Positions 29,810 through 39,370 of a stretch of DNA of 64,000 bases are shown one piece after another; the first letter of the stretch is position 1; each line of letters begins with the position of its first letter. Position numbers and translations under genes: made by a program. Source of the stretch: a virus; the IMG/VR virus record IMGVR_UViG_3300027741_000001; one strand, given 5' to 3'. The notes below the pieces were generated by a model. It searched no databases. It saw only the letters and a list, made by a program, of their open reading frames with translations, and had not been told where the DNA came from.

Positions 29810-29840
29810 AAGCCCCCCTAGCAATAGGGGGGTTTAGTTT
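29810..29840 (+). terminator. Intrinsic terminator CCCCCCTAGCAATAGGGGGG (second copy at ~30446-30477)
   Basis: GC hairpin followed by T-rich tract; duplicated. Confidence 0.75.
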
Positions 29841-29841
29841 T

Positions 29842-30123
29842 GCCCTGTGCCTGTGAGCCTAAGCCTGTCTGCCTGTAAGCCTGTCCCTGTCCCTGTGAGC
29901 CTGTGAGCCTGTGAGCCTGTGAGCCTGTGCCTGTGCCTGTCCCTGTCCCTGTGAGCCTGTGAGCCTGTGAGCCTGTGAGCCTGTGAGCCTGTGAGCCTGT
30001 GAGCCTGTGAGCCTGTGCCTATCCGCATAAGCCCTAACCGCATAAGCCCTAGCCCTGTCTAGCCTGTGAGCCTGAGCCCTAGCCCTGTCTAAGCCTAAGC
30101 CTGAGCCTGAGCCTGAGCCTGTC
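29842..30123. repeat. Simple tandem repeat tract of (GAGCCTGT)n and variants
   Basis: 8 perfect copies at 29953-30016, 4 at 29897-29928, plus GCCTGT/GAGCCT/AGCCCT variants. Confidence 0.95.
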
Positions 30124-30186
30124 TAATTCGGCATTAGGTTCGGCAGTTTTGATCAAAAAGCTTTACCAAAAAGTTATCAAATAAAC

Positions 30187-30244
30187 TTGACATACTAACC
30201 GCATAAGACTAAGTTAGTAAGTAGTTAGGTAAGTTGCCTAACTA
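30187..30244 (+). promoter_or_regulatory. Early promoter + hairpin cassette
   Basis: TTGACA-17bp-TAAGTT, then TAGTTAGGTAAGTTGCCTAACTA. Confidence 0.8.
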
Positions 30245-30268
30245 TCCAAAAATGAAAGGCTCCAAAAA

Positions 30269-30433
30269 ATGAAGGCTCTACTAATTGTTGCTCTAACCCT
30301 AGTTCTCTCCATTGTAGTTGTAGCAATGCTACCTCTTGCCCCTGTTGCTCACCAAATTTTAGTTGCTATGCTAGGCGGTAATGCTCTTATGGCTCTAGGG
30401 TTTGCCTTGCTAGTAAATAGCGAAAATAGATAA
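30269..30433 (+). CDS. 54-aa two-helix membrane protein (MKALLIVAL...)
   Basis: Manual translation; GAAAGG RBS; flanked by promoter and terminator. Confidence 0.7.
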   Translation: MKALLIVALTLVLSIVVVAMLPLAPVAHQILVAMLGGNALMALGFALLVNSENR

Positions 30434-30477
30434 CTAAATAAAGATAGCCCCCCTAGCAATAGGGGGGTTATTTTTTT

Positions 30478-30570
30478 GCCTTGCCTAGCCTTGCCTTGCC
30501 TTGCCTTGCCTTGCTTTGCCTTGCCCCCTGTCCTAGCCTTGCCTAAGCCCTACCCCCTGCCTTGCCTTAG
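30478..30570. repeat. (GCCTT)n pentamer tract
   Basis: Directly visible. Confidence 0.9.
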
Positions 30571-30618
30571 TTGCTAAAACTAGAATTTAGGTTGTTATCT
30601 AAATGTTATGAAACACAC

Positions 30619-30685
30619 TTGACAGGCTCACCGCATTAGATTAGTCTGGACTTAGTTAGGTAAAGTGCCTAACTAAATAAATGAT
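30619..30685 (+). promoter_or_regulatory. Early promoter + hairpin cassette
   Basis: TTGACA-17bp-TAGTCT, then TAGTTAGGTAAAGTGCCTAACTA. Confidence 0.8.
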
Positions 30686-30697
30686 AAGGACTAAAAA

Positions 30698-30919
30698 ATG
30701 AGCAGAGAAGTTAGAACCTCAGTTGTAGTAGTAAGAAGATTACTAGCAGGGATAGTTATCACCCCTGCCATAGCAGGTGCCTATGTCTTAGGCTATGGGT
30801 TGCTAGTAGCCTATGGAGCAGGACAGTCATCAACTATGAATGAAATAATTAGCAACGGCTTGCTATTCGGTGGAATGTTTAGCCTAGTGTTTGCCTTAGC
30901 TCCAATACTAGACAAGTAA
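30698..30919 (+). CDS. Small membrane protein
   Basis: Two hydrophobic helices; AAGGA RBS. Confidence 0.75.
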   Translation: MSREVRTSVVVVRRLLAGIVITPAIAGAYVLGYGLLVAYGAGQSSTMNEIISNGLLFGGMFSLVFALAPILDK

Positions 30920-31045
30920 GCGTTAGGTTAGTCCCCTTGCTCTAATAGGCAGGGGGACTAATCTCTCCCCCAAAAGTCTAAGGTTTTACTTTCATTTATC
31001 CTTAGACACTAAGCCCCTTAGCCTTACTAGGCTAGGGGGTTTAGT

Positions 31046-32443
31046 TTATCTAAGCCTAAAGATTGATCGGCTACTCTTGCTGCCTACATCTATCTTTCGG
31101 CTGCCCATAGACTTAGCAGTTATCTTGCCCCCTGTAAAGCCTGAAGGTGGCTTGATAAGTAGAGCAGTCATAGCATGAACAAGAGCATCAACTCTGTCAG
31201 GGGACTTGCCCTCACCTGGAATCCAAGAATACATTTGACTCTCTAAGTCTGCCAAGAATCCAACATGGTGAACTCTGCCTTGCTCATAGGCAAGGGTAAC
31301 TGGCTCAGCTCTAAGAGCCTTACCGTATTTGCTATGAACCTCAAGGACTACAATGTTAGGGTCAATAGTGTGAATAGCATTCTTCACTAAGGCTCCACCT
31401 TGATTCACCTCAGCGACAACAGGGCAGCCCCACTTGCGAGCCATCTCAACGACCTTCTGTGCCCAAACTGTAGGTGAGCCTAATACGCTTGCATCCTCAA
31501 GTACCCAAGCTTGACGCTTATAAAGATCTCTTTCAGAACTAGAAGCGCATACAACGATACCGCATTCATCTCTAGGGTTTTCAGCAACGCTAGGGTCAAC
31601 TCCAATGATTCTTAGAGGAGTACCTAAAGGCATACCAGCTTGTCTACCTAAGTCGATAAGCTCTGATGTCCACAATGCTCCCTCAACGTCATCAAGCATC
31701 TCTCCATAGATTTCTTGCTGAGCTAAACGAGTACCCGCATAGACTCCTGTAATAGCATCAAGATAAGCACCGGATAGGTTACCTGAGTTGTCAAGAGTAG
31801 ATCCTTTAGTGATCACTACACGACCGGTCTTGCTCTCTTCAATTAGTTTATAGAGTAGAGGTACACGCTTAGGTGTAGTAGTTACTATGATCTTAGGCTG
31901 AGCTCCTAGACGAGTACCAACACGAAGGTTATCAAAAGCAGTCATACCTGCTGCATCAGGAGTCTGTCTCCAGGCAGCGATCTCATCACCCCAGGCATGA
32001 GTAAACTGAGGACCACGCAAAGAGTCAGGTTCATCAGCAGTAAAGCAGGTAGCCGTATTACCATTAGGCCAAGTAAGTCTTCTCTTAGAGGGTTCATACA
32101 AAGGTCTCTCGCTAGGTGGAGTGACATTCATAATGCCAGACTCACCTTCAACGATTACATCTCGCACGTCAGCTGCAGTACGAGCAACTAGAGCAAAGCG
32201 TCTTTGTCCTGTAGTTGTGTGCTTAGCTTCTTCACGAACCCACTCGGCTGCTGTCCTAGTCTTACCAGCACCACGACCGGCTATATAAGCCCAAATGTTC
32301 CAGTCACCTTCAGGTGCTTGCTGCTCTGGTCTACCCCAGACTGACCAGTCCCACATAAGTGAGTCTGCATCCATACCGGATAGTACTTTAGCCTGTTCTT
32401 CAGGGGGAAGCATTGCGATCTGCTCCATGATACTTTTAGCCAT
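31046..32443 (-). CDS. terL: Terminase large subunit
   Basis: Walker A AGRGAGKT, Walker B AWGDE, TTTP, nuclease motifs IIGVDPS and DRVDA. Confidence 0.95.
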   Translation of the reverse strand: MAKSIMEQIAMLPPEEQAKVLSGMDADSLMWDWSVWGRPEQQAPEGDWNIWAYIAGRGAGKTRTAAEWVREEAKHTTTGQRRFALVARTAADVRDVIVEGESGIMNVTPPSERPLYEPSKRRLTWPNGNTATCFTADEPDSLRGPQFTHAWGDEIAAWRQTPDAAGMTAFDNLRVGTRLGAQPKIIVTTTPKRVPLLYKLIEESKTGRVVITKGSTLDNSGNLSGAYLDAITGVYAGTRLAQQEIYGEMLDDVEGALWTSELIDLGRQAGMPLGTPLRIIGVDPSVAENPRDECGIVVCASSSERDLYKRQAWVLEDASVLGSPTVWAQKVVEMARKWGCPVVAEVNQGGALVKNAIHTIDPNIVVLEVHSKYGKALRAEPVTLAYEQGRVHHVGFLADLESQMYSWIPGEGKSPDRVDALVHAMTALLIKPPSGFTGGKITAKSMGSRKIDVGSKSSRSIFRLR

Positions 32444-32511
32444 TTAGTCTCCTACCTCCATGATAGTAGAAACGGCCCCGCATTAGCAGGACCGCCTCTG
32501 AAATGTATAGC

Positions 32512-33039
32512 TTAACCAAGCACAATACGAACGTTCGGGTCACCCTCGAACAGTGCAGTGAAAGTATCTGCATTCATAAGGCCATCGCCAACAATGTTGT
32601 TATTAGCCTGGAATACAGCCACTGCTTGCTTAGTAAGATCACCATAGTAACCGGCTTTAACTAGGCCATCTTGCAACAGCTCTAGCTCAATGAGCCTACG
32701 CTGAACGTGATAGACAGTTAGTGATCTACGGTTAGCATCATTCTTGTATACGCAAGAGGATAGCACCACGTCATCTACTACGCCTGTTCCAACTACAGCT
32801 GGGCCAGCAGGGGTAGGCAAGTAGTTCTCGATGTCTTCTCTAGTTACCGCAACTGGTGCAGCATACTTAGTATCCTCGACTACAGCTACAGGTTCAACTA
32901 CAGGTTCAACTACAGGTTCAACTGTAGGCTCAACCGCATCTTCTACTACTAGTTCTGCAACAATCTCTGGCTCTTCAACCACTGCTGCTACTTCTTCAAC
33001 TACGACTTCTTCAGCCGCATCTGTTTCTTTCTTTGCCAT
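32512..33039 (-). CDS. Acidic protein with C-terminal peptidoglycan-binding domain
   Basis: VQRRL...GYYGDLTKQAVAVFQ...DG. Confidence 0.7.
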   Translation of the reverse strand: MAKKETDAAEEVVVEEVAAVVEEPEIVAELVVEDAVEPTVEPVVEPVVEPVAVVEDTKYAAPVAVTREDIENYLPTPAGPAVVGTGVVDDVVLSSCVYKNDANRRSLTVYHVQRRLIELELLQDGLVKAGYYGDLTKQAVAVFQANNNIVGDGLMNADTFTALFEGDPNVRIVLG

Positions 33040-33068
33040 AAGGCCTCCTTTGTAAGATTAGATCTCTA

Positions 33069-33239
33069 TTATACCCGCTGAGCAAGCAGGGCCATCGAGA
33101 TCGAAGTTAGTCCAAATACAACGGGAAGTACTGGTGATCCAATACTTGCTACCGCAAGCACGATAGCGACTACTGCAAGCAGTACAGATATGACTGAGAC
33201 CCAAACAATATCTCTAAGTCTGATCAACCATCCTGGCAT
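33069..33239 (-). CDS. 56-aa membrane protein (MPGWLIRLRD...)
   Basis: Manual translation; TAA/ATG overlap with upstream gene. Confidence 0.6.
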   Translation of the reverse strand: MPGWLIRLRDIVWVSVISVLLAVVAIVLAVASIGSPVLPVVFGLTSISMALLAQRV

Positions 33240-33517
33240 TACTTGGCCGCCTTCTTCTTTTTAGGTGCTGCAACTATTGGACCGTATGAGTCTTCTAGCT
33301 TAGGTGCAACTACTCCAAGCAGAGGCTGTACCTTCTTGCCTTTCGGCTTCTTGTTACCGCAAGCGCAGTTGCCACCGCAAGCACACTTGGGTGTCTCGAT
33401 GACTATACTTACAGTTTTGGTCTTTTTGACCTGCTTACGACAAATAAAATTGTACAGTACAGCAGATACAAAGCCTACGGCTAGTGCCAGTAGAGCTAGG
33501 GTAATATATGTTTCCAT
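33239..33517 (-). CDS. Membrane-anchored protein with CACGGNCACG motif and basic tail
   Basis: Track ORF 33239-33550; start moved to ATG 33517, which follows GAGGAG. Confidence 0.65.
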   Translation of the reverse strand: METYITLALLALAVGFVSAVLYNFICRKQVKKTKTVSIVIETPKCACGGNCACGNKKPKGKKVQPLLGVVAPKLEDSYGPIVAAPKKKKAAK

Positions 33518-33518
33518 G

Positions 33519-33665
33519 TCACTCCTCGATATCAGATATAAAGCCGGCATTATCTACCGTCCTGTTAAGAACAAGACTAACAGCGGCTAATACGAGTAGG
33601 GTGATCGAACCCACTACGGCTACAACAATAGTTGCAACAATAGCTAATGCATATATGGGATCCAT
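33519..33665 (-). CDS. 48-aa membrane protein (MDPIYALAIV...)
   Basis: Manual translation; GAAAGGA RBS. Confidence 0.55.
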   Translation of the reverse strand: MDPIYALAIVATIVVAVVGSITLLVLAAVSLVLNRTVDNAGFISDIEE

Positions 33666-33778
33666 CAATCATCCTTTCGTATGTACTAATTCTATACTGT
33701 GTTCAAAAATGTGAGAAGGCCCCCAGCATTACACTGGAGGCCTTCTTTAGAATCTAAGCAGCTTGTAGCCGTTCCACC

Positions 33779-34354
33779 TTAAATTTTCTTCTGCTTAAGA
33801 ACACGAACGAAACGGATCTGACTTCCTTTGTAGTTAGTCAGTGGTTCAACAATAGTTGTACCTGATCCATAGTTAGCATTAATGATCTTATTGCCACCAA
33901 TATAAATAGCGGCATGATAGAAATTGGAGCTACCATTGTACGCAAATACAACGATATCTCCAACGTTAGGGATAGATACTCGGCTACCAAGATGACCTTG
34001 TTTATTAGCAGAGTGTGGAAGGGTTATACCGAACTGTCTATAAGTCCAGCGAACCATTCCGGAACAGTCCCATCCCCTGGTCGTATCGCCTGAGAAGACA
34101 TATGATGTTCTTCCTACGCGGGACTTCAGGTACTTCACAAGCAGAGACATTCGTGCATAGTTTCTAACCTCTTTCGAGCTAGATGCTTTTTGCATGAAAT
34201 GCAACTGCGAGCTAGTCAACGGATTTGTCTTTACAACAAATGTTGATGTTTCTGTTGGTTTCGCTACTTGATATTTGGATGCTATAGCTGCAGAAGCTGA
34301 GCATCCGGCAATGGTTAATACCACCGCTACTAGTAATGTTGCGAACTTTCTCAT
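33779..34354 (-). CDS. Secreted NlpC/P60 peptidoglycan endopeptidase
   Basis: Signal peptide; YVFSG..GWDCSG, HAAIYIG. Confidence 0.9.
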   Translation of the reverse strand: MRKFATLLVAVVLTIAGCSASAAIASKYQVAKPTETSTFVVKTNPLTSSQLHFMQKASSSKEVRNYARMSLLVKYLKSRVGRTSYVFSGDTTRGWDCSGMVRWTYRQFGITLPHSANKQGHLGSRVSIPNVGDIVVFAYNGSSNFYHAAIYIGGNKIINANYGSGTTIVEPLTNYKGSQIRFVRVLKQKKI

Positions 34355-34466
34355 TGGCGACCTACCTTTCCTGATTTTTGAGGTGAGTTAGTACTCGGTC
34401 GTTATTGTTGGGTTCTCCCATAACCGTTCATCTTTAAACGGTATTTTTAGATTGTAGCACTAAATG

Positions 34467-34685
34467 CTACTCTTCGGTGACAGTTCCAGACTCGGAGGCT
34501 ATCATCAGAAGCTTTACAAAATGTGTTACATCGGGATCCATGATCTCTTTCTGATGTAAAAAGTACTCATATTGAAGATCCAGGTTCTCTTCTACGGTTA
34601 GCTCTTTAGGATCAAGAGTTCCTTTTTTATATTCCTGGTAAGCGGTATCTAGTTTTTGACTCGGTATGTTCATGTGGGGCTCCAA
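34467..34685 (-). CDS. Hypothetical protein
   Basis: ORF track. Confidence 0.55.
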   Translation of the reverse strand: MEPHMNIPSQKLDTAYQEYKKGTLDPKELTVEENLDLQYEYFLHQKEIMDPDVTHFVKLLMIASESGTVTEE

Positions 34686-34795
34686 TCTTAGTATATTTTA
34701 CCTTACTCCAGGTAAAGGTAATCCCCCGGAGCGAACACGCACCAGGGGGATAACTCAGATTTATATAATCTACCGCATTAGACCAGGGTTAGTAC

Positions 34796-35017
34796 CTAAT
34801 CTTTCCTGGTAGAAATGATGGACCAGGCCAGGGTAATCAAAGATAAACCGGCAAATACCCAGCTGGTAACTTCCCACCTGGCGTACATAGCAAGGGTGTT
34901 GGCATTGTCATCAAATAAAATGTACTGATCTAAATAGAGCCTGGATATCTGCACTGAAAGAAGTCCAGCAATAGCTAGAAGTAAAGCAATAGAAATTCTT
35001 GTAAGAAACTTTTTCAT
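34796..35017 (-). CDS. Small membrane protein
   Basis: Two TM helices; GAAGG RBS. Confidence 0.65.
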   Translation of the reverse strand: MKKFLTRISIALLLAIAGLLSVQISRLYLDQYILFDDNANTLAMYARWEVTSWVFAGLSLITLAWSIISTRKD

Positions 35018-35209
35018 TTTGTACCTTCCGTATAAGTAGAGAAAGTTCTCTAACTAAATCTAAGCATATAATAATCTCCCAGGTCAGTCGGTATCTAAAT
35101 CCTGGTGTGTCTAGCTGTCCCTGGTTATTTATTTTAGATCCTGGCACCAGGTCGCACCTGGTAAAGATAAACCCCCGGTATCTCTACCAGGGGATTATCG
35201 GCAACCGGA

Positions 35210-35389
35210 TTACTCTAGTATTCCGGTATCCTGGTCGCTATGGTGGCAAGTCCAAGCCCAGTCGTTCCTGGTTATCTTGGTTCTGTCCCAGTGTTCGTTC
35301 TCATAACATCTACCGCAGATTTCACATTGAGTAAAAGTCTCTCCATTAGAAAGTCTTACTAGGGTTGATGTTGTCTGTAAGTAAAACAT
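35210..35389 (-). CDS. 59-aa early protein with CxxC (MFYLQTTSTL...)
   Basis: Manual translation downstream of a promoter cassette. Confidence 0.6.
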   Translation of the reverse strand: MFYLQTTSTLVRLSNGETFTQCEICGRCYENEHWDRTKITRNDWAWTCHHSDQDTGILE

Positions 35390-35478
35390 TTTTTCTCATT
35401 TCCGCTAGGTGATTTTTCCTAACTAATAAAACTTTACCAGTTCCAGCTGGGAATAGTCAAGTATGTAGCAAATAAAAA

Positions 35479-35506
35479 TAAGCAGTTTAGACACTTGCTC
35501 AGGTGT
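35479..35506 (-). ncRNA. 28-nt pseudoknot motif, copy 1 of 7-8 (others 37385-37412, 37676-37703, 38329-38356, 40566-40593, 43173-43200, 44279-44306, degenerate 44443-44471)
   Basis: NNAC-C-YRARY-AA-GUNN-NUAAA(CU/AG)-GYUYA with compensatory changes in both stems. Confidence 0.7.
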
Positions 35507-35512
35507 TTAGAA

Positions 35513-35707
35513 TTATTCGTGATCGTCATAATCAGGTTCAGGTGGCTCAAAGGTTATAGTGTTCTCGGCATCACACTCATCACAGATTACAATTTTTTCA
35601 CCATCTCCCCTAGAAACTGTTTGCTCGCTGTCCTCGTTCTCATACTCACACTTCTCACAAGTGAAAGATACTGATACTGATACTTCATCATCTCCGTATT
35701 CAAACAT
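35513..35707 (-). CDS. Small acidic Zn-ribbon protein (paralog of 38504-38716)
   Basis: VSVSFxCxKC...CxEC. Confidence 0.75.
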   Translation of the reverse strand: MFEYGDDEVSVSVSFTCEKCEYENEDSEQTVSRGDGEKIVICDECDAENTITFEPPEPDYDDHE

Positions 35708-35982
35708 TTTACATCTCCATTTTCCGTTAGGTCGTTTGCCTAACTAATCCAACTTTAGCATCTCCGTATAGAAATAGTCAAATAAATAAATAATTTTTTT
35801 GCGTGTTTCTATTTTCTAAATCTTTTCCTGATCCAAAAAGTTCCGTGAGTTCGGCAGAATACTTTGTGCCTACAAGGAACTAAAACTAATATTCCGTAAT
35901 CTTTTGGTTCTTGGATTAGTCCTAATGCGAACTGTTCCGCTTGTTCAGCGTCAGCTGGTTTCTCTATAAACATAACCCCCCC

Positions 35983-36180
35983 CTAATCTATCTTGGGATA
36001 GTAAGGGGTTGGGTCATAGCAACTCTCGCAATAACCAGTCTTGTCATTAGCCGTATAGCGTTCGGTATCTATCAGGGGATTAGTAGCCGTAATAAGTTCA
36101 TCACAACTAGGGCAAACTTCGTTAGTTGCTGATAGTCCAACAATTTTAGCAACCTTGTTGATGTCTAGAAAGTTTTCCAT
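35983..36180 (-). CDS. Small Zn-finger protein, similar to C-terminus of 40669-40950
   Basis: CPxC...NPLIDxERY...GYCxxCYDPTP; start at MENFL. Confidence 0.7.
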   Translation of the reverse strand: MENFLDINKVAKIVGLSATNEVCPSCDELITATNPLIDTERYTANDKTGYCESCYDPTPYYPKID

Positions 36181-36331
36181 TTTTCTCATTTCTGTTCGGC
36201 AACTTGCCTAACTAATAAAACTCTATCACCGCAAGTTTTATTCCGTCAAGTATCTAAGTATTTTATTTTGGCGTGTCTAGGTAAAACTAAACCCCTGCCT
36301 GAGCTTCGGCAAGGGTTCAGTTTCACGATCT

Positions 36332-36610
36332 CTATAAGGCTCGTAAGGCTTCTACAAGGCTAGGGTATTGTCCGTATTCACTAATAGTTTCTATGCCTGT
36401 ATCGGTGACTAGCCTGATAGTAAAAACCTTAGTGTCCTGCTGGTAGTTCCATTCGCTAGTTACAAACTTTAGACCCTGTTCAGTTTCTTTCAGGCTTGAC
36501 CAAAAAATAGTTGATTTGAAAAACTCCAGTGTTGATTTAGAAAACCACTCTTTATTATCGGCAACAATTTTTTGCCAAACTGGACTTGACTTGGTGACTT
36601 GTAGTTTCAT
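36332..36610 (-). CDS. Early hypothetical protein
   Basis: Own promoter cassette and terminator. Confidence 0.75.
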   Translation of the reverse strand: MKLQVTKSSPVWQKIVADNKEWFSKSTLEFFKSTIFWSSLKETEQGLKFVTSEWNYQQDTKVFTIRLVTDTGIETISEYGQYPSLVEALRAL

Positions 36611-36755
36611 TTTTCTACTTTCTTTATTTTGATTAGGCGATTACCTAACTACTAAAATCCTAGATCACTTATCGGCATTTAGTCAAGATTATTCTGGCGT
36701 GTCCAAAAATAAAAAACCCCTAGCCTTTCGGCTAAGGGCTTTCTACTCTCGGGGC

Positions 36756-37034
36756 TTAGTCCTGCTTAGTCAAGTCCAGAACTAACTCGGCAGACATATC
36801 GCCAGTCCAAACTATCTCAATGTCATCGTGACTGTCTATGTAATCTTGGTCAGGGTATCCAGTAAAATCGTGTCCAATAATCTCGTTATCTTCTCTAACC
36901 TGATCCATAGCATCATCTTCATCTTCGGCAAAAACAGTTCCCATTAGTTCAATGTTCCTGAGTTCGCAATCTCTGTCATAGCCGAAAGGGTAAATTTCAA
37001 TCCACCAATAAACTCGATATTCTTTCTTTTCCAT
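36756..37034 (-). CDS. Early acidic hypothetical protein
   Basis: Own promoter cassette and terminator. Confidence 0.75.
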   Translation of the reverse strand: MEKKEYRVYWWIEIYPFGYDRDCELRNIELMGTVFAEDEDDAMDQVREDNEIIGHDFTGYPDQDYIDSHDDIEIVWTGDMSAELVLDLTKQD

Positions 37035-37708
37035 TTTTTACTCCGTAACTGCTAGGCACTTCACCTAACTACTTCAACTTTATCAGTCCCGAATGGAAAT
37101 AAGCAAGCGTGTCGGTATTTATTTTTTGGATCTCTAGAAATCTCTCTAAGACTTCTTTACCCTGACCATACGCTTTAGTCTTAGGTTCAGCTCAAAGGGA
37201 ATTAGACCGGCAAGCATAGCCCTATAAAGTAAGTCATAGGTTCTAAACCTGTCTAGTCTGTCCAGCTCGGCAACTCGTTCTGGCGTGAATTTAGTTCTTC
37301 TCATTTTGCCTCCTTTGTAGTTAGTCATTACATAAATAATAACTTCTAATCGGCATAAAAAATTCCCGATCTCTAAAAAATAAATGAACCTTTTAGACAC
37401 TTGTTCAGGTGTGTTCGGCAGAGGGGAAATGAAAGAAACCCTCTCCCAAGTCTATTTACGCCTATTACGCTTTCTAATAAATCTAGGAAGCTCGGCAACT
37501 GCTAGTAGCAACGCTACAAACAATAGCAGAAATGCCAAAGTAAATCCAATCTCAAATGCTCGCTGATTATTGTCGGCTATAAATCCATAATAGATACCGC
37601 AACCAGCAGACCATAAACCTAATACTGCCAAAAATGTTTTCACAACTTCACCGCAACTTTCTATTAGTTTTTAGTTGAGCCTTTTTAGAACTTGCTCAGG
37701 TTCGGCAC

Positions 37709-37936
37709 TTACTTTACTTTCTCGCCAATTGCGATCAGTAATTCAGTTGGAGAAACTTCCAGCTCACGACATAGCACCGCCAAAGTATTTGACGGAATGT
37801 GTCGTTGATTATGAAAGTATCGGCTAAGGCTAGACTTCTGTAAGCCTGTTGCGATAGCGAATTGGTTTAGAGATTTGTATCCCTGTTGCTCGTAGCGAGC
37901 AATAAACCAAGTCCAAGTATCAACTTTTTTTCCCAT
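37709..37936 (-). CDS. XRE-family HTH protein
   Basis: SLNQFAIATGLQKSSLSRY...P...L..LC..L.VSP.EL. Confidence 0.8.
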   Translation of the reverse strand: MGKKVDTWTWFIARYEQQGYKSLNQFAIATGLQKSSLSRYFHNQRHIPSNTLAVLCRELEVSPTELLIAIGEKVK

Positions 37937-38503
37937 TTTTTCACCTCTTTTCGTCTTGATGTATTCAGTTTAGTTGCTGTTTGGAAACTTTGTCAAGTTT
38001 ATCCGCATTTTATTTTTTGGCGTTTCTACGATCTCTTGACTTGGTATCAAGCTTGTTCGCATACCAACTAAGTCGGTGTCCTGTATTCATTAGCACTCCG
38101 CTAATACTTCTAAGACTTCTAGCAATTTTATTTAGCATTATCTAATCTCTCTTTATCGGTGTTCCCCTGTAATACAGCATAGCGTTCTGCTCGCCACTCT
38201 TTACACTCTCGGCACTCTTGTTTATGTGTGTTCTCACCAATGTATTTTACTTCCGTAAGCTTGCCACAAGACCAGCAGGCGATCTTAGATTTTCTATCTT
38301 TCACTTTTGCCTTTCCAAAGATTTAGGTTGAGCCTTTTAGACACTTGCTCGGGTGTTGTTGCTAGTTAGTGCTGTTCACATCCACAGCAGTTATCGCAAG
38401 CGATAGGGTTGCTGTTTGCGCAAACACAGAATATATCCAGTTCTGTTTCGCATTTAGGGCAAAGTGCTATCTGTCCTGTTGTAGTTCTGATAAACTCGTC
38501 CAT

Positions 38504-38716
38504 TTAGTCATCACCAAAACTAACGCTGTTGTTCTCGCCACACTCGGCACACTCAACATCAACATCTCCCGACCTGCCACCAACTACAACTTCTACGCTG
38601 TCGTTCTCAACTTCACACTTGCCACACTCAAAGCTGACGCTAATCTCTCGTTCATTATCCCAAGGGGTAGCAGTTCTCCAACCATCATAACCGCCACCAA
38701 TGTCGTATCCACTCAT
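38504..38716 (-). CDS. Small acidic Zn-ribbon protein
   Basis: CGKC...CAEC; paralog of 35513-35707. Confidence 0.75.
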   Translation of the reverse strand: MSGYDIGGGYDGWRTATPWDNEREISVSFECGKCEVENDSVEVVVGGRSGDVDVECAECGENNSVSFGDD

Positions 38717-38896
38717 TTTTATCTCCGTATCTGTTAGGCGATTTACCTAACTACTCCAAGATTACTATCTCCGTATAGAAATAGTCAAGTATTTAGATTA
38801 TTTATTTTTCGGTGTGTCGCAAGTTTCACCAGATCGTCTTTTTTCGGGCAAAGCTAAACCCCCTAACCATTTAGGCTAAGGGGTTCGGCTTACTTC

Positions 38897-39370
38897 CTAG
38901 ATACTCATAACTCCGTATGTTCCAATAACTAGGGATAGAACAATGGCGTAAGGTCCTAGTGGAACGCTAGTTCCAGCCTTAGCCTTACGAATAACCACCC
39001 GATAGAGCGTTGCGACAATGCCAGCAATAAGGCTTACAGCAACCAATACCACCGGCAACCACCAGACAAACCAGCCGATTACTAGGGAACTACCAAAGAA
39101 TAACTTGATGTCCCCCATACCTAATAAGTCATAGTAGTTAGCAAACATACCAGCAATACCGATACCAAACGCAACTGCCAAAGCTAATCCTAATCTCCAC
39201 CACTCTCCACCAGCGAAACTAGCAACTAAGTCGGCAACCAAACTCATAACGATAAATGGCAGGATAATCTTGTTCGGTAGTCGGTGTTCTCTAATGTCTA
39301 TGACGATTAGGGGAATAGCAACGATAGCCAGATAAACCAATGGCATTACAGCGATAAGTGTTGTGTTCAT
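38897..39370 (-). CDS. Prepilin peptidase (A24)-like membrane aspartic protease
   Basis: IDIREHRLPN, GMGDIKL, VPLGPY. Confidence 0.85.
   Translation of the reverse strand: MNTTLIAVMPLVYLAIVAIPLIVIDIREHRLPNKIILPFIVMSLVADLVASFAGGEWWRLGLALAVAFGIGIAGMFANYYDLLGMGDIKLFFGSSLVIGWFVWWLPVVLVAVSLIAGIVATLYRVVIRKAKAGTSVPLGPYAIVLSLVIGTYGVMSI

Noticed and set aside
29834-30043. ORF with LTGSQAHR repeats
   Set aside because: It is only the translation of the 8-bp tandem repeat and has no RBS.
35479-35506. preQ1-I riboswitch identity for the pseudoknot
   Set aside because: The topology is similar, but the ligand-binding loop consensus and queuosine gene context are missing.
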